Shown: positions 27,488-38,052, numbered from the stretch's first letter. The stretch: 64,000 bases of DNA from Desulfurococcaceae archaeon (GCA_038888155.1 JAWAJB010000001.1:352001-416000); one strand, 5' to 3'. Numbers and translations are program-made. The notes: generated by a model from the sequence alone, not told the origin.

Positions 27488-28368
27488 CTCCTCCTTAGCC
27501 TGGGATCGAGCTCCTCCCTGAGGGGGTCAGCAATAAGGCTGAAGCCCAAGGTTGTGAGCAACAGGAAGAAGCCGGGGAAGATGCCCACCCACGGGGCCTT
27601 TACAAACAGCTCTATGCCTAAGTTAAAAATACCCTCGTATATCATTACCCCCCACTCTGGGGATCCTGGCGGCAGCCCTAAGCCCATGAAGTTTATAGCA
27701 GAGGCCTCTAGGAGAGCGCTTCCGAGATCGGATATAGCCTGAACGAACATGGGCTGAATAATGTTTCTAATTACATGGCGCGGAATAATCTTGAGTGAGC
27801 TCAAGCCAGACAGCTTTGCCAATATGACGTACTCCATGTCTACAATGCTCTTTGAGTACACATAGCTAATTCTCGCGTACCAAGCCCACCAAGTCAATAT
27901 GAGGGACATCATTACAACGTGTATTCCCTGACCAATAGTTAGCCTGAGAAATAGGGCTATAACTATTGATGGTATAGACATGAAGAGCTCTATGAGGTAG
28001 TTTAAAGAGACCTCTGTAAAGCCTTTGTAGTACGCTGCACACACGCCTACTACTACCCCGACAAGTAGACTTATAAGAACTACGCCGAGGGATTGGAGGA
28101 ATGCCGTCCTAGCGCCGATAAGTATCCTAGACAGCAGATCTCTACCTAAAACATCTGTGCCGAGCAAATACTCTAAGGAGGGAGGGAGGAGCCTTTTCTT
28201 CGATGCATCAGGTGGAATGTATCCGTAGCCCTCAAGGGGGTAAGGCGATATAAGGGGAGAAAATAACGCGAGCAAGACCATTGCTGATGTAATTATTAGC
28301 CCTATTTTAAACCTCGTCTTCTTGGCGCTTCTCCTAATGATCTTTAAGTAGCGTGTAAGCCTGTTCAT
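27469..28368 (-). CDS. dppC: Peptide ABC transporter permease
   Basis: LGTDVLGRD, EYV..AK..G, PEWG. Confidence 0.9.
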   Translation of the reverse strand: MNRLTRYLKIIRRSAKKTRFKIGLIITSAMVLLALFSPLISPYPLEGYGYIPPDASKKRLLPPSLEYLLGTDVLGRDLLSRILIGARTAFLQSLGVVLISLLVGVVVGVCAAYYKGFTEVSLNYLIELFMSIPSIVIALFLRLTIGQGIHVVMMSLILTWWAWYARISYVYSKSIVDMEYVILAKLSGLSSLKIIPRHVIRNIIQPMFVQAISDLGSALLEASAINFMGLGLPPGSPEWGVMIYEGIFNLGIELFVKAPWVGIFPGFFLLLTTLGFSLIADPLREELDPRLRRRWRLWF

Positions 28369-28372
28369 TTCG

Positions 28373-29398
28373 CTACAGCCTTATCCTTGGATCAATTGTT
28401 GACTGCAAAAGGTCAACAGCGGTATTAACTACAATGTAAAATACCGCTAGATAGGCTATCAGCGCTAGAGCAACCCGGAAGTCGACTTTGTGTAGCGCAT
28501 CTATTAGCGTGCTGCCTAGCCCCTCCCTGCCGAAAATAGTCTCCACGACCATGGCATCAATTAGGCTGTAAATGAAGGACAGCCCGATCACTTGAACTAT
28601 TGGCGGGATTGTTGGCTTTACAACGAAGTGAACCATAATGGTAGATCTCCTCACCCCCCACGCAACTGCCGTTCTCACGTAATCCTCAAGTAATGCCTCA
28701 GCTACGAGCGTCCTAGTAACCCTTGCTAACATGCCAATTGGATAAACTGAGATAGCTAGCGCTGGAGGGGCTAGGCGAAGTAGGGAGTCAATAAAGACTA
28801 GGATGTTGCCCTGAAGCAAGGAGTCTAGCAAGTACAGACCCGTTATAGGTGTAAACCCCGTTTCAATGATGAGCTTTGTTGACACCCTACCATACGGTAG
28901 GCTGCCCGTCGTTGAAAGCGCGAGCAGTAGTATCGTCCCAAGCCAAAAAGTGGGCGTGCTAGTGAGGACTATGCTGAAAGATTGTATGAAGTTGTCTGGC
29001 AGACCTCCCCGCTTTAAAGCGGAGTACAGTCCAAGTAAAATACCGATGGGCACAGCTATTATGTATGAGAATAAGAGCAGTTCAAGCGTAGCTGTGAGCC
29101 CAGTTAGTATTACCTGGTTTACGGGGACTTTATATGCAATGCTCACCCCCAAGTTGCCCAGTAGCACATTATATGTGAAACTAGCTATTTGGACGTAGAG
29201 AGGTCTATCCAACCCAAGCTCTTGGCGGGCTATTTCAATAGCGCGGCTTGCGCCCGGACCGCGTGGATTGCCCGCCCACTTTACGGCAGGATCGCCCGGG
29301 GTAAGCATTAGGAGCAAATAAGATAAGACAGCAGCGCCAACTACAACCAGGACTGAGAGAACAGCTCTCTTAAAAATGTAGTTTAAGCTTATAGGCAC
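28373..29398 (-). CDS. dppB: Peptide ABC transporter permease
   Basis: PGDP, GLDRP, DYVRTA..G, VETIF...GLG, DPRI. Confidence 0.9.
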   Translation of the reverse strand: MPISLNYIFKRAVLSVLVVVGAAVLSYLLLMLTPGDPAVKWAGNPRGPGASRAIEIARQELGLDRPLYVQIASFTYNVLLGNLGVSIAYKVPVNQVILTGLTATLELLLFSYIIAVPIGILLGLYSALKRGGLPDNFIQSFSIVLTSTPTFWLGTILLLALSTTGSLPYGRVSTKLIIETGFTPITGLYLLDSLLQGNILVFIDSLLRLAPPALAISVYPIGMLARVTRTLVAEALLEDYVRTAVAWGVRRSTIMVHFVVKPTIPPIVQVIGLSFIYSLIDAMVVETIFGREGLGSTLIDALHKVDFRVALALIAYLAVFYIVVNTAVDLLQSTIDPRIRL

Positions 29399-29399
29399 T

Positions 29400-31028
29400 C
29401 TAAGGCTTCACCTTGACGATCTCGAACCTTATAACGTACATGTACAGCGGGTTAAGTGCTTCTCTAGGTAAATCAACTCTGTCCGAGTACAAATAGGGTC
29501 GTATATCATCCCATAGACCAACGCCTACGGCCTGTTCGAACAGTATTCTCTGGGCGTTCTCGTATAATTCAAGCGCGTAAGTGTAATTTGCTCCCTCGCT
29601 CATCCACGCAGCTTCTATGAGCTCGTCGAACGCCCTGTTTTCGTAGCCAGCGAAATTCCACTCCTTTGAATCGCTGTGGAACATCGCGTACAGGATGTCG
29701 TATGCTGATGGAACGGTTGGCCACCAATCTGCCAGTATCAAGTGCGGTGTTTCATCGGGGTTCTCCCACACGCCTTTTGCGATGTCTTTAAGCCTTGCCC
29801 AGTCCTGCGGATTTAACACAACGTTTATGCCTAGCTCAAACATAGTTGATCTAAAGATCTCTGCAAACCTCTCCGTTTCTTCGTATCCAGCCTGATAGAC
29901 TAGCTCTACAGAGACAGGCAGGGAAACGCCTGCCTCTTTGAGGTTATCCCTAGCCTTGGACGTACTGTATTCGTACCTTAGGTTCTCAATGTGTCCTGGG
30001 AACCCGTATGGCAGGACGCCGCTTGCTACTCTTCCGTAACCTTGTAAGGCGTCTCGCACGATCCTCGGCAAATCCAGCGCATGCGCTATGGCTAAGCGGA
30101 AGTTGCTGATGTTAGTTGGATATCTCTTGGTATTGAAGAACAGTATAAAGTTGTGAAACGTTGTTACGTTTTGTACCTTAAAACCCCTATTCAAGAGCTC
30201 TTTGATGTTCTCTCTCGGAATGCTGCAGGCGATATCTATTTCGCCAGAGAGTAGACCGCTGTATTGGGCTACTGGTTCAATTATTATTTTTATTATTACA
30301 ATTTCGGGGGCATCGGGGTTGTTTACCTCTCTCCAACCCCACCATTCGCTGAACTTCTCCAGCCTTATCTCCCTGGTAGGATCGTAGTAGGAGAGCCTAT
30401 ACGGTCCTGTGCCAACGGCGTTGCCTGCATTAAACCACTCTACGAGGGCGCTATCGTAGTAGTCTGCGGCACCGCTTTTACTGAGAGCGCTCGGCGAGAA
30501 TATGTAAGCAGCATAAGAGGCAGAAGCCATGAGATCCAGCCTTTGGGGATAGCTTAGTTTGAACTTAACAGTATAGTCGTCAACTACTTCTATTTCCTCA
30601 ACTGCGTCCCAGATGTACCCAAGTCCCTTTCCGGCTGTTCTGTACATGTTAATGGCTCGCTCTATGCTAGCCTTTACAGCTGTTGCGTTGAAGGGGGTTC
30701 CATCGTGAAAGACTACGTTCCTCCTAAGGTGAAAAATCCATATTGTGCCATCCTCGTAGAATTCCCAGCTAGTGGCTAGCCTTGGCTTTACTTCCTGCGT
30801 TTCACTGTCATAGTACGTTAGGGTTTCGTAAATTGAGCCCAGAACAACGAGCCCCGTGTCGTCCTCGAGGCTTGGATCTATGCCCGTGATCCTATCATTG
30901 TAGGCGTAGACAACTACTCTGCGCGTAGGTGTAGTAGATGGCCTCTGGAGGAACACAGCTGATATCCCAATTATGATGACAGCAAGCAAGATTATGCCTA
31001 CAACTAGCTTCTTATCCTTCACCTTCAA
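29400..31028 (-). CDS. dppA: Peptide ABC transporter substrate-binding protein (family 5)
   Basis: N-terminal membrane anchor, LATSW, FHLR.NV.FHDGTPFNA, GTGPY. Confidence 0.92.
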   Translation of the reverse strand: MKVKDKKLVVGIILLAVIIIGISAVFLQRPSTTPTRRVVVYAYNDRITGIDPSLEDDTGLVVLGSIYETLTYYDSETQEVKPRLATSWEFYEDGTIWIFHLRRNVVFHDGTPFNATAVKASIERAINMYRTAGKGLGYIWDAVEEIEVVDDYTVKFKLSYPQRLDLMASASYAAYIFSPSALSKSGAADYYDSALVEWFNAGNAVGTGPYRLSYYDPTREIRLEKFSEWWGWREVNNPDAPEIVIIKIIIEPVAQYSGLLSGEIDIACSIPRENIKELLNRGFKVQNVTTFHNFILFFNTKRYPTNISNFRLAIAHALDLPRIVRDALQGYGRVASGVLPYGFPGHIENLRYEYSTSKARDNLKEAGVSLPVSVELVYQAGYEETERFAEIFRSTMFELGINVVLNPQDWARLKDIAKGVWENPDETPHLILADWWPTVPSAYDILYAMFHSDSKEWNFAGYENRAFDELIEAAWMSEGANYTYALELYENAQRILFEQAVGVGLWDDIRPYLYSDRVDLPREALNPLYMYVIRFEIVKVKP

Positions 31029-31307
31029 GTTTCACCATACTCGTGTGGGATTATGAAACTGAGCTTTAAAAACTTAAAATCAGCGGGTGTTCCAGCCAGT
31101 AAAAGCCGCTGATTTCCTCGCCCATTAGTGGAGTGGCCCTTGCTAGCTAGTTATCAGCTTTACTGAGCATAAAACACTGTCAATAGAGCGAAATTAGCGC
31201 GCATTGGCCCTTTTAACGAGGGGGTGTTTTAAGGGGCAATGCCTGGAGCTCTGCGGCAACAGGTTTTAATACTAGTTATCTTCATATATACATAGTCTTC
31301 GCCCAGA

Positions 31308-33548
31308 GTGCCGACAATGAGCGAAATAGTAGACTGCATTAAAGACGCCCTGTCAGTTGCAGCAAGCAAGGTCTTGAATATCGAAATCGCAACTGTGTCT
31401 GACCTACTAGCTAGAGGCAGAGTAAAGATAGCAGCAACGCCAGACCCCAAGCTCGGGGATTACGGCATTGCTATACACCCAATACTAAAAGATGTTGACC
31501 AAGAGAAGTGGGGAGAAGTGGGGAGAGCTATTGCGCAGGAGCTCTACTCTCTTGCTCGCGATAAATGCAGAGTCGAGAGCGCTAGTTTCATCAACGGGTA
31601 CGTAAACGTAGCAATTGACTACTCTGGCGTTTTAAAGAAGCTAGCCGAGGAGTACTCTTCCAAGGACGTCTTTACGAGGCTTATTAGAGTTGGTAGCGGG
31701 GTAAAAGTGCTTGTCGAGCACACGAGCGCGAACCCTGTACACCCTCTACACATTGGCAGCGGGAGGAACTCCACCCTTGGAGATACCTACGCGAGGTTGC
31801 TCAGAAAGCTGGGGTTTAATGCAGAAACTAGGTTCTACGTAAATGACCTGGGGAGGCAGGTAGCAACTTTGGTCTACGGGGTAAGAATTGTTGAGTCCAA
31901 GGGCCTCAGCAGGCCAGAGGGTTTGAAGCCAGACCACTGGTATGGAGTGATCTACGCGTTGACGAACGTACTAGCAGAGCTAGATAGGCTTAGAGCTGAG
32001 TTAAAGCAAAGGGTCAACAGGCTGTTGAGTAAGGCTGAGGAGATCTGCAGGGACCTATCCAAGGATGTTATACCTACATCTCTACTCAGAGATATCGAGT
32101 TCACGCTATGCGAGTTAGCGTGGAAAAAGCACTTGAAGCTAGATCCGCTAAAATACGCCAAGAGGCTTAGCGCGCTACTTAGAGAGGCTCCAAGCAAAAA
32201 GGCCCTTAGGGAGCAGCACGCTGGGTTAGTTGAAGTTGCAAACGAGGTAGAAGAAATTAAGAAGGTACTGCGTGAATACAGGGACTTCCTCAGCGCAGAA
32301 AGGGCGCTCTCTACACATTACCCTGATCTCTACAATGCGCTTAGATCAGCAGTTACTGACTATAGGAAAGTAGAAGAGGATATAAGGAAGATTATGCTCA
32401 GTGCCGAAAGAGGCGAACCAGAAACAATTGCTGTGTTTAGGAGGGTTGCCGAGAGCGTTATAGAGGGGTTTAAGCAAACGCTCAGCGATCTAGGCATAGA
32501 GTTCAACGGCTTTGACTTTGAGTCAAGTAGGGAAATTCTCGGAACTACATACGAGGTTGTCAGCGCCCTAGCTAAGACTAAGTACGCGAGAACTGTTGAA
32601 GGGGGAGCACTCGAGGTAGACCTTAACGGTGCTGCGCAGGAGAACGAGTACATTAAGGGCTTATTCTACCCAGATCAGGCTGGGAGGTTTATAATTCAGA
32701 GAAGCGACGGAACTACGCTGTATGTAACTAGGGATATTGCCTACACGCTGTACAAGTTCAAGAAGCTAGGTGTGCAGAGAGTCTACAACGTTATTGCAGT
32801 TGAGCAAACGCGCGAGCAAAAGCAGCTGAAGGCAGTTTTATACCTCCTAGGTTTTACTGAGGAGGCGCGGAACCTGAACCACTTTTCCTATGAGATGGTC
32901 CACCTCAAAGGGATGAGAATGAGCGGTAGGCGCGGCAGATACTACTCGCTTGACGAAATGCTCCTTGACTCCGAGGTAAAGAACCTCCAGAAGCTGTCTG
33001 AAAGAGAGGGGAACAAGGGCATTGAACAACTGAGGTATATCGCTAGGAGCATCGCAGTGTCTAACGTGAGGGCTCTCTTGCTGTCCGTTGACCCCAATAA
33101 AGTATTAGTATTTGATCCAAAGAAAATAGAGGAGTCAGAGTACGGCGCCATGATTGAGTACGCGTTTGTTAGAGCGCAGGGGGTTCTCAGGAATCTCTGG
33201 AGAGTTGAGTTCCTAGAAAGCCCAGAACAAGTGTTTAGCAAGCTAGGCGAGCTAGCTAAGTCAGGCACAAAGCTGAATCTCAGCCCCGAGGAGAAGAGGA
33301 TTGTCGAGCTCTTACTGAAATTTGAGAACACGCTATTAGAGGCATACAGAGAGATGAAGCCCAATAGGGTCTTAGAGTACGCCGTTGAGCTCTCAACGGA
33401 GTTTAATAGGTTCTACGAGAAGTACCCCATTATTAGTGAAAGCGACACAAGCGCGAAGAGCGCAAGAATATTGATTACTACATTAGCGCTGATAATTCTC
33501 TCCGAGCTAATGGACATTATCGGCCTGCCCAAGCTAAAGAGAATGTAG
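31308..33548 (+). CDS. argS: Arginine--tRNA ligase (long form)
   Basis: VEHTSANP..PLHIGSGRN, RSDGTTLYVTRDIAY, MSGRRG, FNRFYE. Confidence 0.95.
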   Translation: MPTMSEIVDCIKDALSVAASKVLNIEIATVSDLLARGRVKIAATPDPKLGDYGIAIHPILKDVDQEKWGEVGRAIAQELYSLARDKCRVESASFINGYVNVAIDYSGVLKKLAEEYSSKDVFTRLIRVGSGVKVLVEHTSANPVHPLHIGSGRNSTLGDTYARLLRKLGFNAETRFYVNDLGRQVATLVYGVRIVESKGLSRPEGLKPDHWYGVIYALTNVLAELDRLRAELKQRVNRLLSKAEEICRDLSKDVIPTSLLRDIEFTLCELAWKKHLKLDPLKYAKRLSALLREAPSKKALREQHAGLVEVANEVEEIKKVLREYRDFLSAERALSTHYPDLYNALRSAVTDYRKVEEDIRKIMLSAERGEPETIAVFRRVAESVIEGFKQTLSDLGIEFNGFDFESSREILGTTYEVVSALAKTKYARTVEGGALEVDLNGAAQENEYIKGLFYPDQAGRFIIQRSDGTTLYVTRDIAYTLYKFKKLGVQRVYNVIAVEQTREQKQLKAVLYLLGFTEEARNLNHFSYEMVHLKGMRMSGRRGRYYSLDEMLLDSEVKNLQKLSEREGNKGIEQLRYIARSIAVSNVRALLLSVDPNKVLVFDPKKIEESEYGAMIEYAFVRAQGVLRNLWRVEFLESPEQVFSKLGELAKSGTKLNLSPEEKRIVELLLKFENTLLEAYREMKPNRVLEYAVELSTEFNRFYEKYPIISESDTSAKSARILITTLALIILSELMDIIGLPKLKRM

Positions 33549-33556
33549 CTCGGTGC

Positions 33557-34435
33557 GTGATGGGCAGCAGATTAATTCGCTTGTTAAAGCTATTAGCGAT
33601 TTCGTCTATAATTTGGGCCTCAATAAGCTCGGCCAGTATATTAGTGCTCCTCTCCGGCGCCCCAGCAGAGGTTTGCGCCTTCTGGCGGCTCGCGCTCTCA
33701 ATCCCCCTAATTTACATCTTGGGCGTTTTTAGGGGAGAGTCTGTCCTCCGTAGAGCTAAGCGCCACCACTTAGTGTCTGGCGTAGCTCTAGGATTGCACT
33801 TTATCATGTGGATGAGTAGCCTGTTTCTACTACCTGTCTACTTTAGTACTCTCCTCGTAACTATATACCCGCTTTACTCGCTGATATTAGACGTCATTGT
33901 ATTTCGCAGGAGGCTCTCGATAAGTCAGGCACTAGGATTAGTCATTTGCGCGTGCTTACTTGTGATTTACTTAGAGAAGTATGAGATGATCTTTTGTGAG
34001 GGGACGCTGCTCGCCGCTGCCGCTGGACTGGCGGCAGCTGTGTACTTCGAAGTGGGGAGCTACGCTAGGTTTAAGCTAGGGGAACCTACAACTAGCTACG
34101 CGTTTAATACCTACCTCGTAGCATCGCTGTCCGTAATGCTGTACGCGCTAATTAGAGGAGTGAATCCCGTGGGCTACGCGCCCATATCATACTTCTACTT
34201 TGTGCTAATGGCAGCCGTACCTATGGTACTTGGGCACACGCTAATGAACTACTTATTGGGGTATCTACCTGCGCCCCTAGTTACTGCTATTAGCTACGGC
34301 GAGCCATTTGGAGCGGGCTTACTCGCGCACTTCATTCTTGGACAAGACCTAGGGGCTATCAAAGTGCTCTTAGGGCTAACAATTATAGCTACTGCTTTTA
34401 TCACAATTACAGGGTTCGGGAAAGGGGATAGCTAA
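33557..34435 (+). CDS. DMT/EamA family transporter
   Basis: About 10 TM helices, AFWRL, LGHTLMNY, GEP. Confidence 0.85.
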   Translation: MMGSRLIRLLKLLAISSIIWASISSASILVLLSGAPAEVCAFWRLALSIPLIYILGVFRGESVLRRAKRHHLVSGVALGLHFIMWMSSLFLLPVYFSTLLVTIYPLYSLILDVIVFRRRLSISQALGLVICACLLVIYLEKYEMIFCEGTLLAAAAGLAAAVYFEVGSYARFKLGEPTTSYAFNTYLVASLSVMLYALIRGVNPVGYAPISYFYFVLMAAVPMVLGHTLMNYLLGYLPAPLVTAISYGEPFGAGLLAHFILGQDLGAIKVLLGLTIIATAFITITGFGKGDS

Positions 34436-35686
34436 GTGAGAGAGCGCGATTTTTTCAAGGGCTTTATAAGTGTAGATGAAGCTGTCAGGCTTATTGCTGA
34501 GCAACTCTCCTCAACAGTCGTCAACCTAGATGTAGAGAAAGTAGACATACTCAACGCTGTTAATAGAGTACTTGCCGAGGATATTTACGCTGCGAACGAC
34601 AGGCCGAGGGAAAACATCAGCGCAGTTGACGGCTACGCAGTTAGATCTGTAGACACTACAGGCGCTTCGCACTACAGTCCTGTAGAGCTAATCTCAAGGA
34701 GCTCCTCAAAGGCCAGCGGGAATTTAGGGCTGTGCCTCGAGCCCGGAGAAGCTGCTCGAGTGCGCACGGGGGCACCAGTGCCGTGCGGAGCAGATGCTGT
34801 CTTAATGGACGAGGATGTCCAAGTGGATGGGGATAGAGTCTTAGCCCATAAAGTTGCAGCCCCGGGCATGAACATCATATTGAAGTCAGAGGACTTTAAG
34901 AGAGGAGATCGCATCGCTCAAAAGGGAGCGCTGATCGGCCCAGCACTCGTGGCATCTATAGCTGCAAACGGCGTTAAATACGTCAAGGTTTTCAGGAAGA
35001 TCAAGGTAAACGTCCTAGCTGTAGGGGATGAGCTAGTAGAGCCCGGCGATGAGCTCGCCGAAGGCAGGGAGTACAACTCATCGGCCTACATCATTCAATC
35101 TGCCTTAGTAAAGGACAGCATATTTGAGCCAATGTATTCAGGCATTGTAGCAGATGATGTCCTAGAAATTGAAGAGGCCTTGCTGAAGGGGTTTTCGAGA
35201 GGAGCTGATCTAGCCATAACAGTGGGCGGGACAGGCGTTGGGGAGTCCGATGTTACAATTAAATTGATGGAGGGCAGGGGTAAGCTTGTTTTTAGGGGCG
35301 TAAAAATGCGCCCAGGCAGGCGAACCGGCCTATCCCTCCTTGGTAGCCGAGTTGTTCTAAGCTGTTCTGGCTTTCCCGTAGCGGCGTGGGCTGGATACGA
35401 GTTGCTCCTTAGACCGGCCATTTCAAGGTGGTTAGGTGTGAGAGGGCTCGAGAGAGCTTATATCTACGCCGTCCTCACTAGGAGGGTACCAAATGTAGTA
35501 GGCTATAAATCCATTGTGAGAGCTACCGTGAAGGATACAGGGGGAGATCTCTACGTGGAGCCATATATGCTTAGGGGGAGCGGCTCGCTCTCGAGCCTCC
35601 TATATTCTAACGGCTACATATTAATACCTGAAAACGTAGAGGGTTTTGAGAAAGGCTCAAAAATACCGGTTTACCTTTATGACTAA
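34436..35686 (+). CDS. moeA: Molybdopterin molybdenum/tungsten transferase MoeA
   Basis: RVLAEDI, SAVDGYAV, TGAPVP.GADAV, GDEL, GGTGVG..D, MRPG. Confidence 0.93.
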   Translation: MRERDFFKGFISVDEAVRLIAEQLSSTVVNLDVEKVDILNAVNRVLAEDIYAANDRPRENISAVDGYAVRSVDTTGASHYSPVELISRSSSKASGNLGLCLEPGEAARVRTGAPVPCGADAVLMDEDVQVDGDRVLAHKVAAPGMNIILKSEDFKRGDRIAQKGALIGPALVASIAANGVKYVKVFRKIKVNVLAVGDELVEPGDELAEGREYNSSAYIIQSALVKDSIFEPMYSGIVADDVLEIEEALLKGFSRGADLAITVGGTGVGESDVTIKLMEGRGKLVFRGVKMRPGRRTGLSLLGSRVVLSCSGFPVAAWAGYELLLRPAISRWLGVRGLERAYIYAVLTRRVPNVVGYKSIVRATVKDTGGDLYVEPYMLRGSGSLSSLLYSNGYILIPENVEGFEKGSKIPVYLYD

Positions 35687-35732
35687 TGTACAAGTACGTT
35701 GAGTGAGATAGCATTAGTAGTGGTGAGACTAG

Positions 35733-36722
35733 TTGCACCTCTCCGAGCTCAAGGAAGAAGATGTAGTAACTCTCTTAGCTGATATATTCGTGTCAACTCC
35801 TGGGAGCGGGGAACACTTAAGGCATCCCGATGACGCGCGCGACATATTACCTAAAGCTCCCCGAATACTTTTCTCCCTAGATGCCTATACCGTTAGGTCG
35901 CTTAAGTTGCCCTGGAGAGCGCTCTCCGATGTTGGTTGGGCTGCTGTTACAGGCGCTATTAGCGATGTGGTATCCAAGGGCGGCATACCCTATGCCTGCA
36001 TGATTGGTCTAGGGTTGCCCCCTGCAATGGAGGTAGAAGAGCTAAAGGATTTTGCCAATGGTTTGAAGGAAGCCTCTGAGCACTACGGCGTTAAGATACT
36101 TGGCGGGGACACTAACGAGAGCTTAGAGGCCTGGATCTCTGTCGGCGTAATTGGGTTTACGCCGGCGAAAGTCCCCCCTAGTAGAAAGGGCTTGAAGCCC
36201 GGAGACGCTGTAATAGTCACTGGCTTGTACGGAGCAATGGGGTACGTTGTTAGACACGGCATAGAGCAGTCGAGCTCTATTCCCTGGGTGGTCGAGCACA
36301 CGAAGAGGCCGAGAACAAGAGTTGAAGTAGGCTACGTTATCGGCAACAACTTTAGGTCGATAAGCGCTAGCATGGATGTCAGCGACGGTCTAGGGTTCAC
36401 TCTCGAGACCCTTAGCGGTTTAAGCGGCTTCGGCGTTAAATTAAAAAACGCTCCCTGTGTACCGCAGGAGCTCGCAGAGCTTTGCCGCAGCGATATTAAG
36501 TGCTTGCTCGACTACACGCTCATAGGCGGCGAGGAGTACGGAGTAGTTATGGGGGCGAGCCAGCAGGGGCTTAAAGGAGTTGTTAGAGAGCTAGAGTACT
36601 ACGACGTGCCGTACTCTATAATCGGGGAAGTCGTTGAAGCCCAAAGCGGGATGTACTTCAACAACGAGAGAGTTGTTGCTGGGAGGTACGATCAGTTCAG
36701 CGGGTGGAGGCAGAGCAGCTAA
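35733..36722 (+). CDS. thiL: Thiamine-monophosphate kinase
   Basis: DDA, ISDV..KG, GGDT, MDVSDGL, GGEEY. Confidence 0.88.
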   Translation: MHLSELKEEDVVTLLADIFVSTPGSGEHLRHPDDARDILPKAPRILFSLDAYTVRSLKLPWRALSDVGWAAVTGAISDVVSKGGIPYACMIGLGLPPAMEVEELKDFANGLKEASEHYGVKILGGDTNESLEAWISVGVIGFTPAKVPPSRKGLKPGDAVIVTGLYGAMGYVVRHGIEQSSSIPWVVEHTKRPRTRVEVGYVIGNNFRSISASMDVSDGLGFTLETLSGLSGFGVKLKNAPCVPQELAELCRSDIKCLLDYTLIGGEEYGVVMGASQQGLKGVVRELEYYDVPYSIIGEVVEAQSGMYFNNERVVAGRYDQFSGWRQSS

Positions 36723-36767
36723 AGGCATGTAGATGTCCTGTTTTTAATATAGGATCTCGCGGACTAA

Positions 36768-37982
36768 TTGGCAGGTGCTGAGGTAGTGTTGGGCTTAATT
36801 ATGTTGTCGATTGCAGTGGCGATCACCAACATATCTGATATTTTGACGGACATTTTAGCAATAGCTGTAGCGAGAATAAGCGCTGTTGAACTTGGGCTGT
36901 TCAACTCGCTAGGCTACCTAGCCTATATTGTCTCCATGTACATTGGGAGCAATTTATCTGATCGAGGCATTATAAAGGTACAACTAATAGCTGTTCTAGC
37001 CTTACTGACTATGTACAACATCTTAATTCACTCCTTTATTAGCACGGCGAGCGTTCTGATCCTAGCCTTGACTTACTTACTATATGGATCCGCTCAAGCC
37101 ACTATAAGGACAGCTACGTATGCATACGTACACGAGTCGTACACAAGTAGCGCATGGAAGAGCGTTCTACTACAGAGGTCGTTGATGACCATTCTCTGCG
37201 AGGCATTTATGCTTATTTCAATATCGGCTATCGGGGTGGAAAGAGTTATAGGCAACATTTTTTACTTCTCGGCAATTTCCCTGCTAGTAGCGGGCTTTAC
37301 GGCGTTGCTCGTAAGGGAGCCAGCAGTCAAGTTCGAGAGAGCGCTCTATAGAATAGACTTAGGAGTTCGCCGCATTGAGGATATTGTGAACAACATATCA
37401 GTCTACACTCTGCTGAGTAGCTCACCAAATGCCCCATCGATTTACAAAGCTAGCTTGAGGTCCAAGCTCGCTCGTAAGGCAACTAGCCTATCGGCAGTTA
37501 TTTTCGCGCTAATTGGCTTTAAAGTAGCTAACTCTATGACCTTAACGCCTGTCCCTATATACTTTAACAATATGCTAGGCCTCTCGCTGAGCGCAGTCCT
37601 CGGAATTTACGGCGTAGCTAGGTTTGTGCCCCTTGTGAGCTTACTCCCGATCAAAGGCTCCTCGAAATTTCTGCCGTTCTTGTTTGTAGCTAGGGCACTT
37701 GTGCCCTTTTTATTGCTCGCGCCTGGCATTAACGGGTTATTCGTAGGAATTCTACTTGGTTTTATGTACTACTTAAATAACGAAATAGACGTATCCCTTT
37801 ACTCCCTTTACATGGAGTGCAGAGGGCGCGCTGAAACTACAGTTTACTTGCTATTTGGAGAAACTGCTGGCCTTTTGGGAACAGCGCTGTCGGGCTCGAT
37901 ATATTACTCTCTGGGGTACAACTCAATTATTGCTATAGCTTTGTTAATGTACATAGTAGGCGCTGTCCTGACAAAGGAGTAG
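36768..37982 (+). CDS. MFS-like multi-pass membrane protein
   Basis: Two hydrophobic halves separated by a central soluble loop; GSNLSDRG resembles MFS motif A. Confidence 0.6.
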   Translation: MAGAEVVLGLIMLSIAVAITNISDILTDILAIAVARISAVELGLFNSLGYLAYIVSMYIGSNLSDRGIIKVQLIAVLALLTMYNILIHSFISTASVLILALTYLLYGSAQATIRTATYAYVHESYTSSAWKSVLLQRSLMTILCEAFMLISISAIGVERVIGNIFYFSAISLLVAGFTALLVREPAVKFERALYRIDLGVRRIEDIVNNISVYTLLSSSPNAPSIYKASLRSKLARKATSLSAVIFALIGFKVANSMTLTPVPIYFNNMLGLSLSAVLGIYGVARFVPLVSLLPIKGSSKFLPFLFVARALVPFLLLAPGINGLFVGILLGFMYYLNNEIDVSLYSLYMECRGRAETTVYLLFGETAGLLGTALSGSIYYSLGYNSIIAIALLMYIVGAVLTKE

Positions 37983-37997
37983 AGGATCGGTGCCCGC

Positions 37998-38052
37998 TGT
38001 CTACTCTTTCCATTCATCAAGTAATCTCTATCTCCCGGGTTCCTCCTCATCT
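37998..38052 (-). ncRNA. Possible C/D box sRNA overlapping a stop codon
   Basis: Minus strand: ATGAGGA - GGAACCCGGGAGA - TAGA - GATTAC - TTGATGA - ATGGAAAGAG - TAGA; D boxes non-canonical. Confidence 0.4.

Noticed and set aside
31109-31140. Resemblance to an IS200/IS605 right end (CTGATTTCCTCGCCC...)
   Set aside because: The subterminal hairpin is not intact and there is no tnpA/tnpB remnant.
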